64,000 nt of DNA from Actinomycetota bacterium. Its GTDB lineage: Bacteria > Actinomycetota > Geothermincolia > Geothermincolales > RBG-13-55-18. Within the stretch, counting starts at the first letter, position 1, and every line of letters starts with the position of its first letter. The stretch covers positions 9,468 to 73,467 of the forward strand of contig QZKE01000079.1 of the NCBI GenBank assembly GCA_003598015.1, written 5' to 3'. The translations under genes were made by a program, and so were the position numbers. Below are positions 27,523 to 37,500 of this stretch, piece after piece. The notes below the pieces were generated by a model, which was not told the DNA's origin, did not search any database, and worked only from the letters and a program-made list of their open reading frames with translations.

Positions 27523-27669
27523 ATGGCCAGATACCGCTGCACCGTATGCAACTGGGTTTACGACGAGGAACAGGAGGGGATCCCCTTCAACTCACTTCCC
27601 GACTCGTATACATTAAAGAAAACCCATTACCAGAAGCTCGCATGCCCTCGAAAGGCGCTGTTCTTTTGA
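27523..27669 (+). pseudogene. decayed rubredoxin (second Cys knuckle lost)
   Basis: This 48-codon ORF is below the track cut-off. MARYRCTVCNWVYDEEQEGIPFNSLPDSY matches rubredoxin up to the LPDDW position. The sequence then switches to TLKKTHYQKLACPRKALFF, whose DNA is a copy of the island repeat core. A GGAGAAG RBS precedes the ATG. Confidence 0.5.
27640..27668. repeat. island repeat, short core copy (3' of the hydrolase gene, inside the rubredoxin remnant)
   Basis: GCATGCCCTCGAAAGGCGCTGTTCTTTTG. Confidence 0.45.
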
Positions 27670-27722
27670 CAGGCTTCGCTCACTGGATTCGATTCTCAAC
27701 CTGTCCGCATCTTGAGCGGGGG

Positions 27723-29135
27723 TTATTTCTTCGCTAGGTTGCCCAGGATGAAGGCGGCGATGTCGTCCACGACCTCCTCCGGGACGTGGCCCGGCAGCTC
27801 GTATTCCGCGGGGGTGCTCTTGCCCGTCCCCGGGACGAAGAGGTGGTTGAGGTCGGGGTAGGTCTCGAAGGTCACGTTGGGCATGCCGGACAGCGCGTCC
27901 AGCCAGCGCTGGAGGTCGGCCATGGTCACCTGGTAATCACGTTCCCCCTGCAGCACCAGGACGGGACGGTCGATGCTCTTGGCCGACTCCGCCGGGTCGT
28001 AGTCCCGCAGGTCCAGCCAGTAGCGCCCGGTGACGCCGAAGGGCAGCTCCGCCGCCGGAGTGGTCGGCGCCAGGCCGGTATCCTTCACCTTGGCTACCAC
28101 GGTCCGCAATTGGTCCAGCATGACCTGTTCCTCCAGGGTTATCACGCCGTCCAGGGAGGCGATGTAGGTGGACTGCTCGAGCACCAGGTCCTCCAGCGGT
28201 CGCGCCGCGCCCGCCAGGATGACGAAGCCCCGGGCCTGCGGCGAGGCGGCGGCGATGCGCGGGATGAGCATGCCGCCCAGGCTGTGGCCGAGTACGAAGA
28301 CATTACGAGGATCGATGCCCTCTGTCTGTAGCAGGAGTTCCACGGCGGCCACGGCGTCGTCCACCGTCTCCTCCCACACCGTGATGTCGCCGCCGAGCGC
28401 CGCTATCTGATCCTGATAGACCAGGGTTCGCTTATCGTAGCGGAGGACGGCTATGCCCCACGAGCCCAGTCCCCAGGCCAGGTCCTTGAAGGGCGCGATG
28501 GGACCGAGGGACTCGTCCCGGTTGTTGGGGCCGGACCCGTGCACCAGCACAAGGGCGGGGAAGGGGCCCTCTCCCCTGGGTACGGTAAGGGTCCCGGGAA
28601 GGGCCCACTCCTCATCTCCCACCGTCACCTCCTGTTCGGTGAAGCTGTCAAGGTCGACATAGGAGGGGGGCTCGTATTCGGAGGCGCCCTGGGTGGGAGC
28701 GAAAGAAAGGCCGGTGACCTTGCCGCCCCCGTCGAAGACGATCTTCACATCCGTAGACGACTGCTCGAAGCGGCAGGTGACGAAGACCACCCTCGTGCCG
28801 CCGGTGGAGGTGGAGGCGCGGGTTGCGGTGATCTCCTGGAAGGGGCCCGCATTCTCCACCAGGGAATCCCAGGCCTGTGCGAGCTGGTCGGGAGGCAGGG
28901 CCTGCCGCAAGGTGTCGTCGAATTCCTCCACCGCTGCAGCGTAGTCGCCCGCGGCGATGGATTCCACGATCTCTTGCGCCCTGGCCTCCGTATCGCTGAC
29001 GCCGGGTCCCCGCGCTTCGCCGCATCCCGCGATGAGGCTCAGCGCCAGGAAGGCGGTGAGGCACAGAGTGAACAGAGGCAGCAGGCTACGCATCACGTCA
29101 CATCCCGGTCTTACCATAACTGCTTTGCCGGCCAT
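27723..29135 (-). CDS. alpha/beta-hydrolase lipoprotein
   Basis: 470 aa. The signal peptide ends in the lipobox LIAGCGE. The nucleophile elbow is VLGHSLGG, and the N-terminal roughly 130 aa form an extra domain. AAGGGAG lies 6 nt before the listed ATG. Confidence 0.75.
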   Translation of the reverse strand: MAGKAVMVRPGCDVMRSLLPLFTLCLTAFLALSLIAGCGEARGPGVSDTEARAQEIVESIAAGDYAAAVEEFDDTLRQALPPDQLAQAWDSLVENAGPFQEITATRASTSTGGTRVVFVTCRFEQSSTDVKIVFDGGGKVTGLSFAPTQGASEYEPPSYVDLDSFTEQEVTVGDEEWALPGTLTVPRGEGPFPALVLVHGSGPNNRDESLGPIAPFKDLAWGLGSWGIAVLRYDKRTLVYQDQIAALGGDITVWEETVDDAVAAVELLLQTEGIDPRNVFVLGHSLGGMLIPRIAAASPQARGFVILAGAARPLEDLVLEQSTYIASLDGVITLEEQVMLDQLRTVVAKVKDTGLAPTTPAAELPFGVTGRYWLDLRDYDPAESAKSIDRPVLVLQGERDYQVTMADLQRWLDALSGMPNVTFETYPDLNHLFVPGTGKSTPAEYELPGHVPEEVVDDIAAFILGNLAKK

Positions 29136-29355
29136 CCCGTTCTCCCTTCACCGCCGTGCGCGTTCGTCTTCACATCTTCCTCGCATGAGAGCCCGCTTGA
29201 GTAATGGCCTTACCTACCGTCATGCGCGGTGGGCCGCATGCTCCCTCACGGTCGCAGCATTCGATACGCCTTGGCCTATGTTACTATCATTCCGGCGCCT
29301 GGTTACCGGCGGCCCCCGTCTCCCGCTCTTCTTTCAGCCTACAAGTGGTGTGGGT

Positions 29356-30360
29356 TCAGTTCTTGCCTACGCACTCCCGTGCCGCGGCCGCTATGGTCTG
29401 GGCGTTGGGCGCGCAGGCAGCCTCCAGCACCGGGGAGAAGGGGACGGGCTGATCCTTGGCCGCTACCCTTATCACCGGGCCCTTGAGGTCGCTCCACGCC
29501 TCCGAGGTGACCAGCGCGGTGATCTCCGCCCCCACCCCTCCCGTGAGGCAGCCCTCCTCCACCGTGACCAGCCTGCCCGTCTTGCGCACGGAGGCGAGCA
29601 GGGTATCCGTGTCCAGCGGCACCAGGGTGCGCGGGTCGATCACCTCGGCGCTGATGCCGTCGCGTGCCAGGGAGTTGGCGGCGCTCACGGCTGAGGACAC
29701 CATGCCGGATATCGCGAAGATGGTCACGTCCCCGCCCTCCCGCAGCACCGATGCCTGTCCCAGGGGGACGGTGAAGCGGGGATCCAGCGGGACCTCGTCG
29801 GAGGCGAAATAGAGCGCCTTGTGCTCGAAGAAGAGGACCGGGTCGTCGTCGCGGATGGCCGACTTGAGCAGCCCCTTGGCGTCCACCGGTCCCGCGGGCA
29901 CGCATATCTTCAGCCCCGGGATGTGCATAAATAGAGCCTCCATGCACTGCGAATGCTGGGCCGCGGAGGAGGATAGCATGCCGCCCGGAGCCCGGATCAC
30001 CAGCGGTACCTTTACCTGCCCCCCGGTCATGAAGCGGATCTTGGCGGCCTGGTTGATGATCTGGTCCATGCACACGGTCATGAAATCGGCGAACATGATC
30101 TCCACCACCGGGCGCATGCCGGTGATGGCCGCCCCCACCGCCGCCCCCACGAAGGCGCTCTCGGTGATGGGGGTATCCAGCACCCTGCCCTCGCCCACCT
30201 CGAGGTGCAGGTCCTTGGTGGGGCCGAAGATGCTGTAGCGGATATCCTCTCCCATGAGAAAGACGGACGGGTCCAGCTCCATCTCCTCCTTGAGGGCTTG
30301 CCTGACGGCTTCGAAATAGGTAAGGAACTGGGTCTCAGGCGCTTTGTCCTCCGCCATCAC
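29356..30360 (-). CDS. 2-oxoacid (pyruvate/acetoin) dehydrogenase E1 component beta subunit
   Basis: 334 aa. Transketolase-like pyrimidine-binding and C-terminal domains (VLDTPITESAFVGAAVGAAITGMRPVVEIMFADF). It overlaps the alpha subunit gene by 4 nt. Confidence 0.85.
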   Translation of the reverse strand: MMAEDKAPETQFLTYFEAVRQALKEEMELDPSVFLMGEDIRYSIFGPTKDLHLEVGEGRVLDTPITESAFVGAAVGAAITGMRPVVEIMFADFMTVCMDQIINQAAKIRFMTGGQVKVPLVIRAPGGMLSSSAAQHSQCMEALFMHIPGLKICVPAGPVDAKGLLKSAIRDDDPVLFFEHKALYFASDEVPLDPRFTVPLGQASVLREGGDVTIFAISGMVSSAVSAANSLARDGISAEVIDPRTLVPLDTDTLLASVRKTGRLVTVEEGCLTGGVGAEITALVTSEAWSDLKGPVIRVAAKDQPVPFSPVLEAACAPNAQTIAAAARECVGKN

Positions 30361-31334
30361 CGCTCACCCCCCGAGAATATGAGCCCCGGATCGTCCTCGG
30401 GTGAGGGCTCCTCGCTCTCCTCGGCGAAGGCGCACGCCCGCTCGATCTCCTCGTCCACCTCGGAGCGGATGCGCTCCAGCTGGGAGGTGGAGGTCAAGCC
30501 CTGCTCTATGCAGCGGCGCTCCAGCTGCTCTATGGGGTCGTGCAGGGTGAATTCCGCCTTCTCCTCGGCGCTGCGGTAGTCGTCCTCGTCGTCCACGTAA
30601 TGGCCGAGCCAGCGTCGGGTTACGGCCTCCAGCAGCGTCGGGCCGGCCCCTTCCCTGGCCCGCTCCACGGCCCAGGACGCGGCGAGATAGACCTCCAGAA
30701 CGTCATCGCCGTTCACGGTTATGCCCGGCATGTCGTAGGCCTCGGCCCGCCGGGAGATGCGCCCGATGGATTGATGGGAGCTCTGCGGGGTCGAGAAGCC
30801 GTAGCCGTTGTTCTCGCATACGAAGACCACCGGCAGTTTCCAGGTGGCGGCCAGGTTCAAGCCCTCGTGAAAGGTCCCCTGGTTGGAGGCGCCGTCGCCG
30901 AAGAAACACACTGCGACCTGGTCGGTCCCCCGCAGCCTCGCCGACAGGGCCGCGCCCGGCGCGATCACCAGGCCGGCGCCCACGATGCCGTTGGCGCCCA
31001 GGCCCCCCACCTCCACCGAGGTGATGTGCATGGAGCCGCCGCGGCCCCGGCAGTACCCGGTCTCCTTGCCCCTCAATTCCGCCATCATCCTGTCCGTGGA
31101 GGCTCCCTTGGCGATGAGGTGGCCGTGCCCGCGGTGGGTGCTGACGATGTAGTCGTCCTGGCGCAGGGCGGCGCAGACTCCGGCCGCGACGGCCTCCTGG
31201 CCCACGCTCAGGTGGATCATGAAGCCGGGGATCATCCCCATACCCGCTTGCTCGCTCACCTTCTCCTCGAAGCTGCGGATGGTATACATTGTCTTGTACA
31301 GGCGCATGATGAGTTCCTCGTCGAATTCAGGCAT
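30357..31334 (-). CDS. 2-oxoacid dehydrogenase E1 component alpha subunit (TPP-binding)
   Basis: 325 aa. The TPP motif reads CFFGDGASNQGTFHEGLNLAATWKLPVVFVCENNGYG. Confidence 0.85.
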   Translation of the reverse strand: MPEFDEELIMRLYKTMYTIRSFEEKVSEQAGMGMIPGFMIHLSVGQEAVAAGVCAALRQDDYIVSTHRGHGHLIAKGASTDRMMAELRGKETGYCRGRGGSMHITSVEVGGLGANGIVGAGLVIAPGAALSARLRGTDQVAVCFFGDGASNQGTFHEGLNLAATWKLPVVFVCENNGYGFSTPQSSHQSIGRISRRAEAYDMPGITVNGDDVLEVYLAASWAVERAREGAGPTLLEAVTRRWLGHYVDDEDDYRSAEEKAEFTLHDPIEQLERRCIEQGLTSTSQLERIRSEVDEEIERACAFAEESEEPSPEDDPGLIFSGGER

Positions 31335-31707
31335 CTCCCCCTCCTTATCTCCGCTGTCGCGTCGCGGTGGTACCGGCCGGGCGGCCTTTAACCGTCACGC
31401 CGTGATTCTTGTATGTGGATTTCTGGAGCACCTACATTATACAGCGCAGAAGCCCCAGGAACTCCTTGATTGCCATCTAAGGTACTTTTATTTGGGGGCA
31501 TAGAAGATCGATGATCATGCGGGCATGCGGCAAGATCGCCGGTGTCACCTCGGAAGCACTGGGTGTGGCCAGAGCCTCATTCCAGGCCGCATCGAGTCTT
31601 TCACGCAGAAGGTGCAGTTCAAGAAACCTGTCTACGGGATCGAGGTGACAAGCCTAAAGCCGGCCGATTTGGTTAGCGGGATCAAAGCTATGCCTCTTAT
31701 AGTTCCT

Positions 31708-33615
31708 TCAACCTCCCGGAGGGGGCGGGTCTTCCTCCGGGGGCGGGATTATGTCGAACTCGGCCTCGGGTGGATTGATACTGGAGAAATTGATATTGAA
31801 CTCCTTTACGGTGGTCGCGTCGGTGAAGGAGGCCCCGTCCCCCAGCTCCACGTAGCAGGAGCCTGCCGCGGTAACCTCGGAGTAGATGCACCATACCCGC
31901 AGATGCACGTTCCGCCCCGGCGGCATATCCCCCAGGTAGACATCCTGCGAGTCGCAGCCGCCCTTCGGGGTCAGGTGGTACTCGTACCAGGTGTCGGTTA
32001 CGAAGGCGAAGCGGTCGTCGTTGCGACCGTCGTTCAGGGAATCCCCGACGGTGATCTTGAACACCCGCTCGTTGCCCTCTCCGTCCAGGAAGAAGGTGAC
32101 CACGCTGTTATCTGAGATATTGCCGGATGCGTCCACGAGCCACAACCTCATGCCCGCCCAGTAGCACTTGCCGCTGGAGAAGACGTCGCCCACGCTGACC
32201 AGGTCGCTCATCCTCTTGGTCAGCGTGCCCGAGGAGCCGCTTATGCCCAGGGAGGAGGCGGTCTTGCTGAAGGTGCCGCGGTTCTTTACGCCGTTGCCGA
32301 AGAATTCAAATTTCAATTCTCTGATATCTGCATTGCTATCCGACCATTCCATGTATAGCTCGGTGTTCGACAATTCGTCGAGGTCTTGTATGTGGGTGTC
32401 TTCCATGCAGGCCTCGGAGATGCGAGGTGGTTTATAAGTCGTCGATACCTGCCGCTCATACACCAACTCGCTGCCCAGATCTCTTATATCGAGAGCCGAA
32501 ATCTTGAATGCGATTTTGCTAGCGGAAGTCGCATAGGAAGGAACGCGGAACTCCACTTCCAGAGGGTGGGCATAACCGCGCGCGATAGGGGGTGGCCCCC
32601 CGGAATCGAAGGTCCCAACGAAAATATGCCTCTCAGCGATACTGCAATAGTTGCCGTCTGTTACATGGAATACCTCAACTTCTATATTGTCGACGCCCAG
32701 GTTGATGTGATCCCAGGCCGTATCGTCCAATGCGTTGCCGGTAACCGTATATAATTGCCCGGGGACGAGCCGGTCGGGGATTCCGCTGATCCAGACCTTG
32801 GGGGGCATGTCGTCTCCATACCGTGGCAGGTACTCGACCGCCATTTCTATATCGCCCGCTGCCTTGCTTACCAGCTTGGACAGCTCGACGATCTCTCCGG
32901 AGGTGTCCTGGGAGAGGATAGAAGACGCCACCCTGAAAAAGCTCCCCAGCAGGCCCATGGTATAGCTGAAATTTTCCCTGTCATAAGTACCATCAAGAAA
33001 CTGGATTAATCCCAAGCCAGTGTCCGCGAACATGTTTGATTCGTTATAAGCTTTGAAAATCTCCCCTCTAAGCTCGGCATTATCTCTAACGACGACGAAT
33101 TCCCGAATGGCTTCCATGATGGATGTTCCCGCCTGGCTCGCATATGGGCTTTCCATTGAATACCACATCGCTCTATGGTAGCCGACGATCAAGAGAAAGA
33201 GGATCCATTCACTATCCCAGTCCCATTCCTTGCCGCTCTCGGACAGCAAGGCCTCGGCGGATGGCTCGGTAACGGTGAAATTCTTGGGCACGCTTGCGCC
33301 GGCCGATGTCTTTACCTCGAGGTTGTAGGTGCCGGGATCGTCGTAGGGAACCATCACCGTCAATCTACTGGCCGAGGCGGTGATTACGTGCATCTCTTTC
33401 TGGTCACCAAGAAAGACCCGGTTATCACGGGGTGTAGGCCCGAAGAAGCTGCCGTTGATGGTGATCACTTTTCCGGGTGCTCCCTGATAGGCCGACAGGC
33501 TGTTGATCACCGGTACGCAACCTGCTGCCCCCAAGCCGAATATGGCTAAAGTGGAAAGGGCAACGAAGACAGAAAGGAGAATCACCAAAAGCTTCTTGAG
33601 TTGCAGACCCTTCAT
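31708..33615 (-). CDS. large IPT/TIG-domain surface lipoprotein, otherwise unknown
   Basis: 635 aa. The signal peptide ends in GAAGC. It is followed directly by an IPT/TIG domain (VINSLSAYQGAPGKVITINGSFFG...RLTVMVPYDDPGTYNLEVKTSAG). The remaining ~500 aa have no motif I recognise. A GGGAGG RBS is present. Confidence 0.65.
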   Translation of the reverse strand: MKGLQLKKLLVILLSVFVALSTLAIFGLGAAGCVPVINSLSAYQGAPGKVITINGSFFGPTPRDNRVFLGDQKEMHVITASASRLTVMVPYDDPGTYNLEVKTSAGASVPKNFTVTEPSAEALLSESGKEWDWDSEWILFLLIVGYHRAMWYSMESPYASQAGTSIMEAIREFVVVRDNAELRGEIFKAYNESNMFADTGLGLIQFLDGTYDRENFSYTMGLLGSFFRVASSILSQDTSGEIVELSKLVSKAAGDIEMAVEYLPRYGDDMPPKVWISGIPDRLVPGQLYTVTGNALDDTAWDHINLGVDNIEVEVFHVTDGNYCSIAERHIFVGTFDSGGPPPIARGYAHPLEVEFRVPSYATSASKIAFKISALDIRDLGSELVYERQVSTTYKPPRISEACMEDTHIQDLDELSNTELYMEWSDSNADIRELKFEFFGNGVKNRGTFSKTASSLGISGSSGTLTKRMSDLVSVGDVFSSGKCYWAGMRLWLVDASGNISDNSVVTFFLDGEGNERVFKITVGDSLNDGRNDDRFAFVTDTWYEYHLTPKGGCDSQDVYLGDMPPGRNVHLRVWCIYSEVTAAGSCYVELGDGASFTDATTVKEFNINFSSINPPEAEFDIIPPPEEDPPPPGG

Positions 33616-33633
33616 TTTCTACCTCCCGTTGTC

Positions 33634-34527
33634 TTATTTTCTTGTCGCAAGACTGCCTGGCCTCAAATCGATTACGGGATCCGATGCCGATCCCCGCGTA
33701 AGGTCTTTCGATCCATTTCCATTACTCATTCCCGGTAGTCCTCCAGGACCGATAGCGCCATTATCGAGTTGCTCGCTCTCCTTTTTTATCCCTCTCACGG
33801 GGAGCAGCTTCTTCCCCGAGGTCAGGAAAAACGTTGATAATAAAATGATGGCCACGCTCAAGATCTGGAAGGTGGAGGCGGCCAGGGGATTCTCGTGGAC
33901 ACGCAAGAACTCCATGAAAAAGCGGATAGTACCGCAAGCGGCCAGGGCCAGGAAGAACAGCTCGCCATCTCGCTTGAGCCGCCTGGAAAGGTATACAAGA
34001 AACACGAAGGCAGTCAGGCTCATTATCAATTCATAGAGCTGGGTCGGGTGCACGCTCTGCACCGTCCCCGGGAAGGTGACCGCCCAGGGAAGTCCGGAGG
34101 GTTTCCCTCCGCAGCAGCCGTTCAGGAAACAGCCGGCCCTGCCTATGGCCAGGCCCAGGGGCAAAACCAGTCCTACCGCATCCGCGACCTCCCACACCTT
34201 TATCTTGAGTAGCCTTGCCGCTAGAATGATGGCACCCCCCCCGACGATTACCGCACCGTAGAACACCAGGCCGCTCATCTGGAGCGTGAGGATCTCGCCC
34301 GGATTATGGGAAAAAGCATCGAGATGGCCTGCGACGTAGAACAGCCTCGCCCCCAGAAGCCCCGCCGCCGAGCCGGCGAAGGCGAGTACAAGGACGGATG
34401 TCAGCGTATAGCCCTTGGGCTTCAGCCGCAGGTATGCAACGGTGATCGCGGCAATTATCGCCAGCATTCCGGCCGCCGTATATGAGTAGACGGTCCAGCT
34501 GCCTACGTGGAACAAGACCGGGTGCAT
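33634..34527 (-). CDS. lgt: prolipoprotein diacylglyceryl transferase
   Basis: 297 aa and polytopic. Lgt signatures are GARLFYV, GLVFYGAVIGG, GRAGCFLNGCCGGKPSGLPWAVTFPG and HPTQLYE. Confidence 0.85.
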   Translation of the reverse strand: MHPVLFHVGSWTVYSYTAAGMLAIIAAITVAYLRLKPKGYTLTSVLVLAFAGSAAGLLGARLFYVAGHLDAFSHNPGEILTLQMSGLVFYGAVIVGGGAIILAARLLKIKVWEVADAVGLVLPLGLAIGRAGCFLNGCCGGKPSGLPWAVTFPGTVQSVHPTQLYELIMSLTAFVFLVYLSRRLKRDGELFFLALAACGTIRFFMEFLRVHENPLAASTFQILSVAIILLSTFFLTSGKKLLPVRGIKKESEQLDNGAIGPGGLPGMSNGNGSKDLTRGSASDPVIDLRPGSLATRK

Positions 34528-34590
34528 CGCCCACCATCCCTATACCCGTCGCTCACCTTCACCCATTCATGGCCGGGCGCCTTTCGAGCC

Positions 34591-37500
34591 TTAATCACGA
34601 ACCACCCCGTTGACGCTATCCAACACGAAATACCACTCCCCACTTACGGTATCTTGCGAATAGAACCCCCAGGTTCCTTCGAATAATCTGACGTCGTCGT
34701 TATAGGCGTTGCCGATAGCGACCGTATAATTGCCGCCGGAAGTATATTCACCGAAATTATGAAAGTGAACCAGATATTCTCCACAGGGAATGCGGCCCTC
34801 GAATTTGACCGACCCTCCCCTGCCGTATATCTGTCCGTATGCATAAAATGGGGGGCTGGCGCCGCACTGATATATCTCGACGAATGCTTCCGGCGTCCCC
34901 TGTCCCCAGGTGAAATCCGCGTACACGTAGTAATAGACCGATGGAGACACGAGGAATTCCGCGTATAATGTAGGCGATTGATTGCCGTATTGATCCTTCA
35001 GATAGACCCACGCGGTGACGGTCCCGCGCTTGCTGAGGTCGATGCGGTTCTGGATGCCGCTTTTCCTGAAGATGTAACATCCCTTGTTGTACTGCCAGCT
35101 CGTGGTGCTGCCGATACCGAACTCGGCGGCGCTCAGGCTGAACCAGGACGTATCGGTGACGGGGTCGCCGGTGAGGCGCATCCATACCTGTCCAGTATAT
35201 AGATCCCCATCTTCGTCGCGGCAGTCGAAGCTGAGTCTTTGGTTGTAGCGATCGGTAGTATTGGATACTATGGGCTTGGATAGTCCCAGATCGTTGATCT
35301 GTGGTGCTTCGGGTGGCTCGACTTTGAAGAAGGTCGTCTCGGAGTTGCTGTAGGCATCGTCGTCGTCCCTTACCTTGACGGTTACCTTCACCGTGCCTGG
35401 TTGGTTGAGATTGAAATAGCCGCTGTTCCTTAAGGAGGACGGCACGAGCGTCCCGGAGACCGTCTGCTCCGTGGCATTGGGGTCGAACGTTATGTAGGGA
35501 TTAACGTAATTTATCGTGCCACCGACTATGGGATTTCCCGACCAACTGCTCAAGGTTATGTAGGCGTGGTCTATGTTGAGATCGGGATCGGAGCAGGTGA
35601 AGGTGACATCCAGATTCCCGAGATCCGCGAAATCGCGTATGGAGTTATTGTCGACACTCACCGATCCATATTCGATCCTTGGAGCCGTGTTCTTGACGTT
35701 TATGGTAAGGGTAAAATGGTTTTCATTCCCTGCGACATCCCAGGTTGTAATCCTTAACTTCAAGGATTGTCTACTCGAACTCTTTCCCCAGCCATTACCG
35801 GGGACCAGCAGCACGGATATGGATGCGTCAAGGTCAATTGGACCGAGATAACCGTCGCCGGGCAGGTAGAAGGGCGTGCCGGACGCCGTGACGGAAATGC
35901 CCCAGGAAGCGGGGTCCGGTATGATGAGGTTGTTCTGGTCCCTGAACTCATGCTCTATTATGGCTACTCCGGACTTCAACCTGGCCGTCTGGGACGGCTC
36001 GGTGATGTCGAAGCCTATCCAGGCCCCCCTGTCCACCTCCAGGTCCATGGAGGTACCCCTTGAGCAGGAGATGCCGGGTGCCGCGGTATCTGTTGCCACC
36101 GCATAACCGTCCAGCAGGGCATCCAAGGCAGCGAGGGAGGTATCAAAGGCGATCCAATAAGCGGCGCCGGGCTTGCCGTGGAGGATGTGCTCGGCGATAT
36201 AGGAAAGCCCGTGCTCCAGCACGAACTCTATAAAGCCGTGTACGGACTGCCACCATTCCCCGCCCGCCGCGGCGGCGGCCATGGCCTGGGCGCTGGCGGC
36301 CCCTGCCCGGTTATAGAAGATATCCAGGGCCTGGTCCAGCTGGCCGATGAGACCGTTGTCCCGGATGTGGTTGTCTATCAGGAGCAGGGTGGGGTCGTCC
36401 AACACGCCCTGGAAGCCGTTGTCGTAGACGTCCTCGATGTCCTGGAGGACCGCGTCACAGTCGGAGATGGCCACGTTGTGCCGTTTGAGCTCGGTGACCA
36501 GGAGGTCGAGCTTCTCCAGGAAGGTCTCGGTGTAGTCACCGGGCTTCTTGCCCCGCTCGAGGTCGCAGATCTTCACCTTGCCTACCACGCCGTCGAACTG
36601 TCCGGAACCGTCGGGGTCCATGCCGATGTACACGTCGTTCTGCACGTCGGCGATGATGCTGCTGGTGGGATTGTTGTTTGAGGCTACCAGCTTGGTCTGT
36701 CCCAGACCCTGGGAGTAGATATAGACCTCCAGCTTGGAGTCCGCCGCGTTGAACCAGGCGGTGATACGGCAGTCCTCCATGGGGAGAGGGTCGGTGTTGG
36801 GATCGGAGTAAGCCAGGTTGGTTCTGCCGTACTTGTCCCTCACCGAGAACAGCAGCTGCCAACCCACGCCGGGGTGGTTGACCGCCTCCAGCTTGAAGCA
36901 GCCCTCCTTGTTGAGGATGGTCATGGTGTCGGCCTGCGACGCCTGGTTAATGAACGTGTCGGCTATCAATGCCAACCCGTCCAGGTGCCTGAGCCCCAGG
37001 TCGTTGTCCAGTTTCACGTGGGAGTTATTACATGGGAGGAATAATGCCTTGCCACTGTTTTTCCACCTGTCGGGCACGAAGGCTACATCCCCCTCTATGT
37101 CGCCGTGGTTATGGTACCCGCTCTTGTCTTCAACCACGGTGCGGGAGAAGTCCTCGTTCGGGCTAAGGTCCACCATCATGGTGCCCAGGTCCACGGTGAA
37201 CGGCTTCACGCTGGAGTTGCCGCCGTTTCCGGAGACGAAGACGTTGCCCGTTTCTGCTCCCGGGGGCACCTTGCACACTATCCTGGTGTCGGACCAGCTC
37301 ACTATCTCGTGGGAGGTCACCCCTCCTCCGAAGAAGACCTGGCAGTCGTTGCGGGCTCCGAAGCCGCTGCCGGTCAAGGTCACGGTATCCCCCCAGGTGC
37401 CGGAGGTGGGGCTGATGGAGTTCAGGCACCCCGCTCCCACCCCGATGAAGAACATACCCATCGTCGTGGCCACCAGGGCCAGGGTGGTGAACAGGCTTAT

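Noticed and set aside
21550-27722. Calling the island a chromosomal integron or CALIN, with the repeats as attC sites.
   Set aside because: I could not demonstrate the R''/L''-L'/R' inverted-core architecture or a GTTRRRY boundary by eye. No intI gene is in the window, and gene orientations are mixed. It is kept only as a hypothesis inside a finding.
27670-27722. tRNA-like T-arm sequence (GGATTCGATTC).
   Set aside because: No acceptor, D or anticodon stems can be drawn around it. It lies inside simple hairpins downstream of the hydrolase gene.
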